DNA of 64,000 nucleotides from Octopus bimaculoides (lineage: Eukaryota): assembly GCF_001194135.2 (NCBI RefSeq), contig NC_068984.1, positions 69,766,715 to 69,830,714 on the forward strand. Reading direction: 5' to 3'. Below, in pieces: positions 37,990-51,167 of the stretch; positions within the stretch are counted from its first letter, which is position 1; every line of letters starts with the position of its first letter. A program made the translations under genes and the position numbers. The notes under the pieces are model-generated. The model saw only the letters and a list, made by a program, of their open reading frames with translations, had not been told where the DNA came from and made no database searches.

Positions 37990-38285
37990 ATATTCTTTTA
38001 TTCTTTTATTTTTTTTTATGTTTCAGTCATTTGACTGCAGCCACACTGTAGCACTGCCTGGGGGTGGATTTTAGTATAAGAAATCAACTCCAACATTTAT
38101 TTTTTAAGCATAGTACTTAATCTATTGGTCTGTTTTGCTGAGCCACTAAGATTCAGGGACGTAAACACTCCAACACCAGTTGTCAAGTGTGATGGGGAGG
38201 GAGTGGGTAAACACAGACACAAAGGCACACACACTCACACACAGACACAAAGACACACACAAACATACACACATATGACGATATG
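37990..38285 (-). mobile_element. SINE family A, 3' half
   Basis: tttcagtcatttgactgcagcc...ccactaagattcagggacgtaaacac...aacacagacacaaa. Confidence 0.85.
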
Positions 38286-38289
38286 CCAT

Positions 38290-38745
38290 GCTTGAGAAGA
38301 CCTGGCAAAGTCTTGGCCAATGTTATGTAACAGTCACCTGTGTTGGTGGCATGTAAAAAGCACCTTTTGAGCATTGGGCCTCATGGGAGCAGTGTGGCCG
38401 ATGCTGGTCTCACATAACTGGCACGCATGCCAGTGGCATATAATAACCACCTTCTGAGTGTTGGGCCTCATTGAAGCAATGAAACATGAATGAAACCTTA
38501 GGCAATATCTTGTATTTGAGATGACCCATCAAGCCAAGTGAAATTGTAGCCATGGCAGATACTGGTGTCACATCAGTGGCACCCATGATGGTGACATGTA
38601 AAAGCACCCATTACATTCTTGGAGTGGTTGGCATTAGGAAGGGCATCCAGCCATAAAAACAATGCAAAATCAGAATCGAGTGTGGTGCAGCCCCTCAGCT
38701 TACCAGCCTTGGCTAAACAGTCTAGCCTATACCAGCATGAAATAT
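38290..38745 (+). mobile_element. RTE 3' UTR with repeated modules
   Basis: tgcttgagaagacctggc...ggtggcatgtaaaaagcacc...ggagtggttggcattaggaagggcatccagc. Confidence 0.8.
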
Positions 38746-38813
38746 ATGTATATAAATATGTGAAGTACTTTATTATATTTGAGATACAAAGAAACATTTT
38801 CACATGTGGATAT

Positions 38814-38851
<38 letters not shown>

Positions 38852-38909
38852 TTATGCACACCCATACCTCCCCACACACACACAAACAAATTCATACAGA
38901 TATGAACAG

Positions 38910-39240
38910 AAGTGAAGGGACCCCCTTCTGTCATGAATGACCATAGGATTGCACCTAGAAAGTTCCCCTCCAATGTACAAGATTTGTTTATGGAAGACCA
39001 GCAGTCACCCATGCATACTAACCTTCCCCTTTCCATATCACCGATGTTATCCAAGGGGAAGGCAAAAGCCAATACGGCTTAGTACCAGTGGCATCGCAAC
39101 TCATTTCTACAGCTAAGTGAACTGGTGCAATGTGAAATAAAGTGTTTTGCTCAAGAAGACAACACACAACAAGGCCTGGCTATTGAACTCACTACATCTA
39201 GTTTGTGAGCTCGATGGTTTTACCACTGAGTCATACACCT
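38910..39240 (-). mobile_element. SINE family D-like (tRNA head, cttgagcaaaacactt core)
   Basis: Minus strand reads aggtgtatgactcagtggtaa...gagttcaatagccagg...cttgagcaaaacactttatttcacattgcaccagttcacttagctgtagaaatgag. Confidence 0.7.
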
Positions 39241-39373
39241 TCATACACATGCACACATATTTATATATCTATGCTGACTACATATATGTCTTTGCATGCT
39301 GCAAAAGGCAATTATATGGGTTACTGTCAGGAAGGGCAACAAAACTCATTCAAGCTAAGGAAAATAGGAAGGG

Positions 39374-39512
39374 CATCCAGCTGTAGAAACTCTACAAGAT
39401 CAGATTGGAGCCTGGTGCAGCCATCTGGCTCACCAGTCCCCAGTCAAACCATCCAGCCCATGTCAGCATGGAAAGCAGACATTAACTGATGATGATGAAG
39501 ATGATGATGATT
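39374..39512 (+). mobile_element. RTE-type 3' terminus with (GAT)n
   Basis: taggaagggcatccagctgtagaaactct...cagcatggaaagcagacattaactgatgatgat. Confidence 0.85.
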
Positions 39513-39851
39513 TCAAGTTTGTGTAATATATATATATGTTATGTCTCAAACTACTGCTATCTAGCACCTTCGGGTGGTTGCTACTCAACCGCTACACGAC
39601 TGCTACTCAACAGCCACTCAACTTTCTACCACGGCCAAACTACTTCTATCTATATGTCTTGGGCGATCCTACTTCTTCGCCTGGGGGCGTCAACACAACA
39701 TTATAATAGGAAAGAGAGATGGGGGAGCAGGAGAGAGAGAGCAAGAGAGCAGACATCTGCGTATCATATGTAATGTGAATACATCATTATGAAAGGCAAA
39801 TTCACTGTGATACTGATGATATCTGTTATGGATAAGTTGTGTTTAAGAACA

Positions 39852-39889
<38 letters not shown>

Positions 39890-40811
39890 GGGAAGCAGAG
39901 GAAAATCATCCGGCAATGACTAGTAAACCTCCTAGATACGTTTCTGCCCACTTGCAAATTGTTAATTGCATATGTGCTCACAGCCAGCTGCATGTTTAAA
40001 GGAAATTTGCTGCCACTAATATACAAAAACAGTGAATAAACCGTCACTGACATTCCAAATTGTTGCCTGCCTGAATAAATATCCATTATATGGAAGTGAA
40101 GCATATCATCAAATTATATTGCCTGCCACCAATATATATTGTATTTATAGAAACATCATGTCCATAATGGATAATATGTCAGGACAAATACTGCAGTGAA
40201 TTTGCTTTACATGATGTATTCACATTAAGTATAATATACAGATGGCTATTCTAATCCAATACTACATCTGTTGCATATCATAGATTTTTATTCTGTTGGG
40301 TGGCTATTTGCAGCACCATTGATTGTTCATTCATTACTTTATATCAGTGGTGGCAAATTTCATTTACATATGTGGTTGGCTGTGGATAGATGAAGTTGAT
40401 AATGCCCAATGAGGCAGAAATGTATCTAACATTCTTATCAGCCACTGCTGGATGATTTCCATTTGCTTCCAGTATATATTTTGTTTCTAAACACAGCACA
40501 TACATAAAAGGTATTATCTCAGGAAGAATACTGCAGTAAATTTGCCTTTCATGATGTATTTACCTTAAGTAAATTACGCATATCTATTTTAATCTGATAC
40601 GGCTTCTGTTGTGTATGACAGATAAATATACAGACATAGAAAAACGTGTGTGTGTGTATGTATGTATTGGTAAAGGCATATGTATGTATAAATGGATGTG
40701 TTATATCAATCATTTATATTGCTTGGTGAACAAGCATACTGAGGTTTATCTCAGTTCACATGGTGCTAAATAATTGAGAACTATCTCTTTCTATTAAAAT
40801 GTATTGCTTAA

Positions 40812-41095
40812 AATAGGCGCAAGAGTGGCTGTGTGAATAGGCACAGGAGTGGATGTGTGGTAAAAAGCTTGCTTACCAACCGCATGTTTCCGGGTTCAGT
40901 CCCACTGCATGGCACCTTGGGCAAGTGTCTTCTACTATAGTCTCGGGCCGACCAAGGCCTTGTGAGTGGATTTGGTAGACGGAAACTGAAAGAAGCCCAT
41001 TGTATATATGTGTATATATATATATATATGTGTGTGTGTATGTTTGTGTGTCTGTGTTTGTCCCTCCCCCCAACATCGCTTGACAACCGATGTTC
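40812..41095 (+). mobile_element. SINE family A, 3'-truncated, with duplicated head
   Basis: A 24-bp tandem duplication at 40812-40859, then the standard body to gcttgacaaccgatg. Confidence 0.9.
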
Positions 41096-42641
41096 TATTG
41101 TTGGTCATAATGAATGTAAAATAAACTCAGAATATAACAAATATCCATTGGTGGATTTCAGTCAAAAAATAGAAGTTCATTTAAATATCCATTTCAACAG
41201 CCTGATTCTTCTAACAGAAATTATATGTACTTTTGCTATTTATTTCCTGTGGGTGTTTTAGTCAGACACATAATGTAATGCAGTTACAGAATCTGAGCTA
41301 AAACTAATTTGTGTAGTAGATTTAACAATTTTAGTATCTTAGTTTGTGTTTGAAGAAGAGATATTTGGCAACTTAGCATACAATTACAATAAAATTCATT
41401 AATTGAGAAAAGATACATTTAAGGTTTCACCAAATTATGGCTTAATTTTTACTATAAAATCATTATCCACAAAGTAATTAGAGTAAATGTAATTTTCTTT
41501 TTTTATGCACAGCTACATATGGCTGCTGTTTAAATTTGAATATAATCATCATATTTTTATTTTATTCTCATTTTTATTATTATGCTGAGAGTTCATTTAA
41601 CTAAAGTTTGCGTTATGTATGCCTTGATGCAAATATCTTGGTAATTTGAATATTTATCAGCATGATTCCCATCAGTGTGATATATATATTTATGAGTAGT
41701 TTATGCAGAGTAATTTTATCACTCCTGAAAGAGATTTATCAGAAAATCATGATATGGTATAACCATTGATATCGAAAATCTTCAAGATCTTATATTTATT
41801 ATGAGTGAACTTTACACAGTGAAACAGCTGCTGACCAAATGCATAGCTTACTAAAAGAACCATATTTTATTTATTAGCTGAGTAATATATATATTACCTT
41901 CTGAAATCAAGGATGAGAACAAAGTCCAGTAAAACTACAACTTCATTTGCAACTTTAATGATGAAAACTGTTAAAGAGGAGCATCCAAATCAGCTGCATT
42001 AAATTGTAATATATTAGTGGCTTTTATTTTATTAATGTAGGTGACATGAAAAGCCACTTTACAGTACTTAATTCATGGCTCAGAAGGTTGAAACTGAATA
42101 CTGCAATGATATATCCTCTACTCGCATAAGCCATCCACTATCAAATCTCAATCAAATCACACCATCTTAGTGTAGAGTAATAATATTAAATTATTTAATC
42201 TTAGGTATACTGTGTCTGGATAAAAACTGGGATTGTCATAGCTTGAATAACTTTCCTTATATATATATACTCAATTAGAATTAATCTGTAAATAGCAACA
42301 CATGTAATAAAGCTGACACTTTACTATGTGTTGTGCAAAAGCTGTAGTTTTGGATAAGTTATCTATGATTTATTGTATGGAGAAGAGTAAATCTCACCAG
42401 GGTTGTTTTACTCTCAATGAGATGTTTTGCCACTTGTTTTTGCTCATTAATTTTCTTGCAACATAGTATCATGATATTTCTTAGACTCAATAAAAGCACA
42501 GTTGCATTGCTCAGAAGAGTGTCATGTAACCACAAGGTTTCAGGTTCAATCTGACTGAACAGGACCTTGGGCAAGTGTCTTTTATTACACCCCCAATGAT
42601 TTCATTAGATGGAAACTGTACAAAGCCTGCAGTGTGTGTAA

Positions 42642-42675
<34 letters not shown>

Positions 42676-43179
42676 ATCAATGGGAATATATTTGTGAATG
42701 TTTACATTCTATGCTTTACATGAAAAATTCTTTGAGTTATGGACAGTGGTGTTTCTTGAGATTTCTCTGTCAGCAGATTTTCTAGCAGCTCTGCTTGCTC
42801 ACAAATATGTGGAATGAAAGCAATCATACTTTAAAAACAGGTAAGGACTAGCTACAGAAAAGGCATGGGCTTTAAAACAATATCTCAGTAATATGTATTC
42901 ATCTAACCTATGCTAGCATCAAAAAAACAGACTTAAAAACAAATTAATGAATTCCAAGCTTCAGTTTCATTTCATGGTTTGTTTATTCAATAACGATGTT
43001 TTCTTTCACTCTTAAAAAGTCTCTTTTTTCATAAAAAGTCTAATTACATTTAATGAACAAAAAAAAGGTAATGGGTGTTATTGTTAGAAATATAGATTAG
43101 TTAATTTAAAGTTTCAGTCTTCGTTAATCCTGAAGAGTTGCTGCTGCTACTCATGATGAAAATAATTTGTAGCATAACC

Positions 43180-44795
43180 ATCCGGCACAAACTCAGGTCT
43201 TCTGAAAAGGTGAAAAATCAATTACATTGATACTCTACTTGACTGTTACTTTATCTTATTGACTGTGAAATATGCAAAGTAAAACTAACGTTCATGGTAT
43301 TTGAACCCAGAATATAAAAATTAGAAGAAAACGTCTGACTCATCAATAATTCTGCTACTCTACCGCCTTAACAATAATCCTTTTTACTATAGGCACAAGG
43401 CCTGAAATTTTTTTTTGGGGTGGGGAACTAATCAATTACATTGATCTCAGTGTTTCAGTGATACTTAATTTATCAATCCTGAAAAGATGAAAGGCAAAGT
43501 CAACCTCAGTGGAATTTTAAATTAAAACATAGCAACGGGCGAAATACCCCTAAGCATTTCGTCCAGCATGCTAATGATTCTGCCAGTATGCTGCCTTCAT
43601 TATCTTAACAATATTGATAATAATTGTTTCCAAAATAGGAACAAGGTCACAAATTTGATGAGAGGAGTAGTGTCAATTATATTCATTCTAGTCTTGTGGT
43701 TTTTGACTGGTAGTTTTATATCCATCGTGGATGTATAAAAGGCAAATTTGACTTCAGCATAAATTGAAGTTAGAATTCAAAGCTAGAACAACTATCACAA
43801 GGACTTTTTTTTACGGTTATCTAACAAATCTAGCAGTTTGCCACCTTAATAAAACATAGATATAAGATTTGAAATTCAGGGTGAGAGGGTTTCTCTATAC
43901 TATTAATACTATTGGTACTTTATTGGCCCCAAAAGGACGAAGGGCAAAACTGACTTTAGTTGGATTTGAACCCAGAATGTAAAGGGTTGAAAGAAATATT
44001 GCAAAGCATTTTGCATGATACTTTAATATTCAAATGATTCTGCTGAGCCACCACTCAAATAATTGTTTCTGATTTATGCACAAGGACATAATTTGTGAGA
44101 GTTGGTGGAGTTAGTTGATAACTTTGATCCTGGTATTTGAAAAGTATTTCATTTTATTAATCTCAAAAGTATGAAATGCAAAGTTGATCATGACAGGATT
44201 TGAACTCAGAATGTAATGAGCTTGAATACCACAAAGAATTGTTTCCAATGCTCTAACTATTTTGCCATCTTGCTCGTATTGATAATAATGAATATGAGAA
44301 TTTTGGTTACTAAAATAATTGTAATTTCTTAAATTGGCATCAAACCGAAGACATTTAGGAAAGGGATATAGTCTACTGACTATTGACTCCTGGAATATGA
44401 GAGATAATAGTTTTAGAGAGCACCCCACCATAACTCCTGGTTAATGAAAACCAAAGTGAGCCTTGATAATATTAAAATTTGCCATGTAAAGGGAAGGGAA
44501 CAAAACACTGTATGATATTTTAGTGTGATACTATATTTCATTGATTTACTCTTAATAACAATAATAATAATAATAATGGTTTCAAATTTTGGCACAATGC
44601 CAGCAATTTTGGGGAAAAGTGATAAGCTGATGACACCAACACTAGTGTTCAACTGAGACTTATTTTATCAACACCATGAGGATGAAAGTGTAAGTTGACC
44701 TCAGACGAATTTGAACTGAGAACGTAGAGGTAAACAAGATACCGCTAAGCATTTTGTTTGGCATGTTAACAATTCTGCCAACTTGCTGCCTTAAT
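43180..44795 (-). mobile_element. Head-to-tail array of about 7 SINE family B copies
   Basis: Recurrent gaaaggcaaagtcaacctc..gaatttgaac motifs and ..gccagc..gcctt heads at ~43180-43370, 43389-43598, 43620-43850, 43860-44057, 44060-44275, 44300-44510 (weak) and 44565-44795. Confidence 0.75.
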
Positions 44796-44826
44796 AATAA
44801 TAGTCATAATAATAATAATAATAGTC

Positions 44827-44860
<34 letters not shown>

Positions 44861-44864
44861 CTGG

Positions 44865-45415
44865 ATGCAGTACCATTGCCTGGATGCAGTGCCATTGCCC
44901 TCATGGCTTCTGATCTTAATTGATTGGGAGTGTTATCATGTACATTGTTTTGTTTTGGTATAAAAGATGGGCTACAGCAAATATTCTGCTTAATACCACA
45001 GATTTGCTTGTCAGTTATTTGACCTTAACCAGTTGAGCATGTCCCTTGGTGGCTGACGATATGTGCATCTCTGATCATGAGCAGAAGTAGTGGGAGAGCA
45101 TCATAGCCATGTGTTGAGAGGAATTCATATTTGGAAACATGGGTGTTTTGTTCATCACCCTTCAACAACCCTTATTGAGAGACCTTTTGAGTGGGATAGG
45201 CTACTCGATCCTCGACCTGAAGAAAATTTTAACTGGGTCCCAACTGCAACGTTATGCACTGTTTATCTTGATATAAAATCACCATGTTGTGCACATATGG
45301 TTTTTTGATGCACTTGCTTGGCGTACCCTAATAAGACGGGCAGTCATGATGAGTCTGCTGGGCTTCATACATTTTCCCCCGGTGTCACTTTGATGGCATG
45401 CACTTCTCTCCCACT
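44865..45415. mobile_element. ~550-bp interspersed retroposon-like repeat (SINE or LINE 3' UTR) between (TAA)n tracts
   Basis: A moderate-GC block bounded by (AAT)n runs. I recognise it as a common octopus-type repeat from memory only; there is no second copy in the window. Confidence 0.5.
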
Positions 45416-45579
45416 AAAAAACAAAACAAAAATAATGATAATGATAATGGATTCAAATTTTGCCACAAGGGCAGCAATTTTAGGGGAGGAGATGAGTCAA
45501 TTATATTGAGCCAAGTGTCCAACTGCTACTTATTCAGAACCTAGCAATGGGCGAAATACTGCCAGCTCACTGCCTTAGA

Positions 45580-45633
45580 ATATTAATAATGATAATAATA
45601 ATAATAATAATAATACTAATAATGATGATGATG

Positions 45634-45697
<64 letters not shown>

Positions 45698-46389
45698 NNN
45701 NNNNNNNNNNNNNNNNNNNNNNNNNNNNNNNNNNNNNNNNNNNNNNNNNNNNNNNNNNNNNNNNNNNNNNNNNNNNNNNNNNNNNNNNNNNNNNNNNNNN
45801 NNNNNNNNNNNNNNNNNNNNNNNNNNNNNNNNNNNNNNNNNNNNNNNNNNNNNNNNNNNNNNNNNNNNNNNNNNNNNNNNNNNNNNNNNNNNNNNNNNNN
45901 NNNNNNNNNNNNNNNNNNNNNNNNNNNNNNNNNNNNNNNNNNNNNNNNNNNNNNNNNNNNNNNNNNNNNNNNNNNNNNNNNNNNNNNNNNNNNNNNNNNN
46001 NNNNNNNNNNNNNNNNNNNNNNNNNNNNNNNNNNNNNNNNNNNNNNNNNNNNNNNNNNNNNNNNNNNNNNNNNNNNNNNNNNNNNNNNNNNNNNNNNNNN
46101 NNNNNNNNNNNNNNNNNNNNNNNNNNNNNNNNNNNNNNNNNNNNNNNNNNNNNNNNNNNNNNNNNNNNNNNNNNNNNNNNNNNNNNNNNNNNNNNNNNNN
46201 NNNNNNNNNNNNNNNNNNNNNNNNNNNNNNNNNNNNNNNNNNNNNNNNNNNNNNNNNNNNNNNNNNNNNNNNNNNNNNNNNNNNNNNNNNNNNNNNNNNN
46301 NNNNNNNNNNNNNNNNNNNNNNNNNNNNNNNNNNNNNNNNNNNNNNNNNNNNNGTAGTGAAGTGAAAGCACGTTATAAAAATAAAACTA

Positions 46390-46424
<35 letters not shown>

Positions 46425-46456
46425 TGATGATGATGATGATGATGATGATAATGATA

Positions 46457-46500
<44 letters not shown>
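45580..46500. repeat. (TAA)n/(GAT)n trinucleotide microsatellites flanking a 656-N gap
   Basis: Visible directly. Confidence 0.9.
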
Positions 46501-46504
<4 letters not shown>

Positions 46505-46884
46505 GTTATTTAGAAATACTTTTAGCCTTTTTTTAGAATATATTTTCCTTAAACATGCAGAAAAATGATATGTCATCTACTTTATTATGAAATACTGTTA
46601 TTGATTTAGCCTTAAATATTTTCCTATCAATGAAAGGAGATATGAAGCATTGATTAAGAAAAAAAGAAATCACTTCTGGTTGAGTTATTGAGATATTGAT
46701 TTATCAGCCAAAATACTAACAGTTGTGACCCAATCTGGTCTAAAATATGCATGAAGCTAAAGAGTTTGTGCATGGAGCGCATTTCCTTAGTTTACTATAA
46801 TGCTCATAAAACTGAGTCTGGAAATTAAAAGGTAAAATCAAATCCTAACTGGATTTGAACTCAGTAAAGGTATGTATATAACTA

Positions 46885-47087
46885 AATATTGGTTTCAAAT
46901 TTTGGGGTGGGGTAAGTCGATTCTACATCAACCCCAGAGCTTGAATGGTACTTATTTTGTCGATTGACCCCAAAAAGATGAAAGGCAAAGTCAACCTCAG
47001 CAGGATTTGAACTCAAAATGGAAAGCTGGATGGAATGCCATGAAGCATTTTGCCCAATGTGTTAATGATTCTTCCAGCTTGCCACTT
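46885..47087 (-). mobile_element. SINE family B
   Basis: ggtttcaaattttgggg...gaccccaaaagatgaaaggcaaagtcaacctc...ttccagcttgccactt. Confidence 0.85.
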
Positions 47088-49885
47088 TGTATATAACTAT
47101 ACACTATGAGGCACACTGTCATGCTAACATTAAATATTTACAAGGCACTTTGTCAGTTGGTTTTGCCAGTAATTATAATGAAATCATGACTTTACATATC
47201 ATTATACACATCGTCTTCAACCACCCATTTGCAACACCTCTGTGTAATTTTAATATGCCAGACTATTTTGCTTTAGGAAATCAGTTGATTTAAATTTGAT
47301 ATTCTGTAAATCTTTAACCACTTTCAAGCAATTCCTGTTGCAATAGATTTTCTTTGTGATCTGTTAAGAAAAGGAAAGAAAAATATTCAATATTTCATTG
47401 CAACATTGCTAAAGTTTTAATGGCTAATAAAACTAGATTTGTTGCCAAATTTTAATATTCCAAATGAATTCACTTGAACATAGCACCCTGTTGGTTGTAA
47501 GCTTCAGTTCTCAATCTTTGACTTCTTTTCTCAATATATATGGTATAAATGTATAAATGTGAAGAATAGCTGGAAGCATACATTGGAAATGGAAAAATAT
47601 AGACTTTTTTTTTAATGAAAACCGAGTTCACTCTATTTTCTTTTATTATAACACTATCATTCAGATCAGAATAAACTATCAGTAGGAGGACAGAAAATGA
47701 TAATGCAAATGTTCAGTATGTATACTCGATACTTGACAAGATCTGTCTTGTAAGCAAATTAAATATATTTTAGATAAAAAGTTAATCAATAATTCTTTTA
47801 CATCTCCTGAAATCAGAAATATTCTATTGATTATTTGAATTACCAAAAAAGAAAAACAGAAGAAAAGGAAAAAGAAAAAATTCTTCCTTTTCCTTACTGC
47901 ACATTAGAAAAAAAGATGATCTGTAAAGGTGAGAGATATTCTATCTTTCAGTATCATTGTGTGAGATTTTTCAAATGAAGCAACAGCTGAAAAAATCATT
48001 CTGTGGTATTTAATATTTTGTCTGCAGCACTGCAAACAGATAACTTATAATATACTATAACATTTTACTGAGAGATTCTTTCCCTCACATTGGATTATCT
48101 GTCGTAATAGACTTTTGAGTTCATTAGTTTTGGTAGAGAACTGAAAAGTTTGGAATATTAAGCAATTATTGCTGATGGGAAGTGATGTTCATAAATGATA
48201 AATTGCCTTAGTAAAGAGGAAATTTTGTCTTTTCAGTAATTCATTACAGACTCTAGGATTTTTGTACAATAGCTATGGGGGCTTTATGTTTCTTCTCAGA
48301 TTTACTGTTCCCACCAAATGCCATTATCAGTTCATTGCAAGAAAGAACTTATCATTTCTATAGCTGTTTATTTTTCCAGAGTTTTCCTGAATGTAGTATA
48401 GCATTTTTCATATTCATGTCTGCATTATATGAATAGTATGGAAGAGTACAGAATTGTATTTAATGAAAATAATTGAATTAAAAAACAAAGAATAAAAAGA
48501 AAATATTTGTAACATTTTCCAAATGTTTTCTGGTAAATATTTAGGAATATTTTTTAAAAATGAATATTTTTCTTCAGGTTACCTTTAATTATTTTGCTAT
48601 TCATTGATTGTTGATTGATATGACAAACACATTCCACCAGTAGTTTGTAATTGCTAATTCATGAACAAATGAACCAACCTAGATGTGGTTATTTAACTTG
48701 CTAGAACTAGCTACCAAATATTTCTCAGATCTCACAGTCATCTTGGTAAAACATTTGTGATCCTGAAAAACCAGCTGACAATATGGAAGTGTTTCTGACA
48801 TTGCAATGAGTTTAGAAGAGCTTGCAAAACTTCTAATAGTTCCTAAAGTTTCTGAATGGGTCAACTGATCTGATGTTTATTTAAGCTATGATAATGTAGG
48901 CTGAGATAATCTGACTGAAAAGGTGGGTTAGTCACTAGGTTAAGCAACACACTTTATTTCTTTGTACTCTATAAGAAAACCAATTTGAATTTACTTTATG
49001 ATATTTAAATACAATCACAGGGAGGCTTTGTCAGCAGCATAGTGTGGAGTGTGTGTAGGGTATGTACAGTCGTCATATGGTAACCACTTAATAAAAATGT
49101 GTTTGCTGCTGTTAATTTCAACCAACACTACATTTAAGGAAAGGAATAGCCAAAAGCCATGCTCTGCCACTGGCAGTCGTTATTGTTAGAAATGTGTTAC
49201 AAATGAAGTCAAAATATTAGTTTACAGCACAAAAGCACACTTGGTGATCCCCAACTATCTATCCATAACACTCTTATGAGTTATATTGATTTATATATTT
49301 GAATATTTGATTTGAGCTTTGTCTTTTATGAAAGATTTGGTTATTAGAACATTTATTTTTAGTATAAATTAGCAAACATAAAAACATATATGAAAACCAC
49401 ATATATGAGAATAAATCATAATCTATTGATATTTTCCTCAAGATCATAAAATAAGCCAACTATTATTGAAGTTAGTTGACATTTAGATAAAATGTGTATA
49501 CATTAAAATTTAGACGATATTGATTGTGTTGTTCCTATTTGTTTAAGAAACGTTAAATAAATGGTTAGTATAAGAAAGATTTCAGATCTGTAATGGATTT
49601 ATTAAAACTATATATTGTAGCTTATATGAAATGATTATTTCCAAAGCATTGCTATAAAAATTAAAACAAACAAAATCCACAACAGTACAATAAGGTTGTG
49701 AGGTAGGGCTACAAAGTAGTTGTTTTAATAGAAAGGAAGAGAGGAGTGGAAGACGATATCGATTTGCATATAATGTGTTCATATTACATCATTATATATG
49801 TTGTATAAAGAATAAACTCAGCATGTTCAATTGCTTACAAGCTTGCTTTACAGTCACAAAGTTCTAGGTTTTATCCTACTGCATG

Positions 49886-50147
49886 CCTGTAGAGGTGCAT
49901 GGCTTAGTTGTTATGGTGTTGAACTTCTGATTGTAAGATTGTGGCTTTGATTCCTGGACTGAGTGATACAGTGTGTTCTTAAGCAAAACACTTTGTTTCA
50001 GATTGCTCCAGTCCACTCAGGTGGCAAAAATTAGTAATCTTGTGACAGAACGGTGTACCATTCAGATTGGGAATATATACACAACAAAACTGGGAAATTG
50101 GCCCTTATGAATCAGTATGACTCAAGAAGGTAACTTTACTTCTTTTT
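49886..50147 (+). mobile_element. SINE family D inserted into a family A SINE
   Basis: Head tgtagaggtgcatggcttag; 9-bp TSD tactgcatg at 49877-49885 and 50148-50156. The flanks rejoin into family A sequence (head 49820-49885, core 50157-50235). Confidence 0.8.
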
Positions 50148-51167
50148 TACTGCATGGCTTATGCAAATTTATTATATAATAGCCTTGAGTCAACCCAAAG
50201 CTTGTGAGTGAAAATGGGTTGACAGAAACTGTGTGGTTGATTGATTATGACTGAAATTCAGAGGTATTGTATCCATAATTCAAATATACATAGTCATGTT
50301 ACTCAATGTGTTATGTTGAATTATCTAAAGGTTGCAAATGTCTGTAAAATTTTCAGGCATTCAGATGCTAGTTCAATGATCAGTTAGTTCAGTCGATTGG
50401 AAAACCAAATACTCATCATCAAAACCAAGGAAGATCCTTTTACATTTTAAGCAGTAGAGGATATAGTGAAGTAGTATCCTTATATGAATTAATTAACTGT
50501 AAAATGAATAACAAATTAATTGGAGCAGAAAAAATTATAGTACCTAATTACAGGCCATTACGAAAACTTTGAAATGTAATTGGTAATGCTGTCACCAGCA
50601 AGTGACATATTCATGATCTGAATTCTGTTAGTATGCTTGTTGCTCATTATTGATTAGAAGCATGATCTAAACTGAAGGTTCAGTAACATCTTGTATGTTA
50701 TGAAAAGTAACATGTAAATGGTCAGGCTAGCATAAAATTTCTAAAAATATGAAAACAGAATTCGACAATTTTTACCTTTAATCTCATCTTTACATGGCTA
50801 GTTGGTTGAGAATTTCACTTCACAATTACAAGGCTACAGGTTCATTTCCATTACAAGCCTTGTATTACCTATTTCTTGTGGATAAAATTACATTGAAGGT
50901 AAGAATGTGAAAGTCCATTAAATGGATTATACCTGTTATTTAAAAGTTTCGACATATTATATTGTAGTACATTGAAGATACCTGAGAATTACATTAAGAG
51001 TACATATATCTGCATAATGTTCCTCCACCACATGCTGATTCAATTAACAGATAGTTCACTGGACAAGAGAACAAATGTTAATATAGCTTGCTCTTGGTTA
51101 AGAACTTCGCTTTTGGATACCTCACTCAAAGTGTATTGAATCCCTATCTTGATAGAAACCCAAACTA

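Noticed and set aside
42786-42840. Candidate 55-nt exon ending in CAG|GTAAG (QLCLLTNMWNESNHTLKT)
   Set aside because: Weak acceptor, no recognisable protein similarity and no partner exon. Such motifs occur by chance in 64 kb; spliced RNA-seq reads would be needed.
50505-50590. Cluster of TAAT/ATTA homeodomain-type sites as an enhancer
   Set aside because: Expected by chance at this AT content; no conservation data available.
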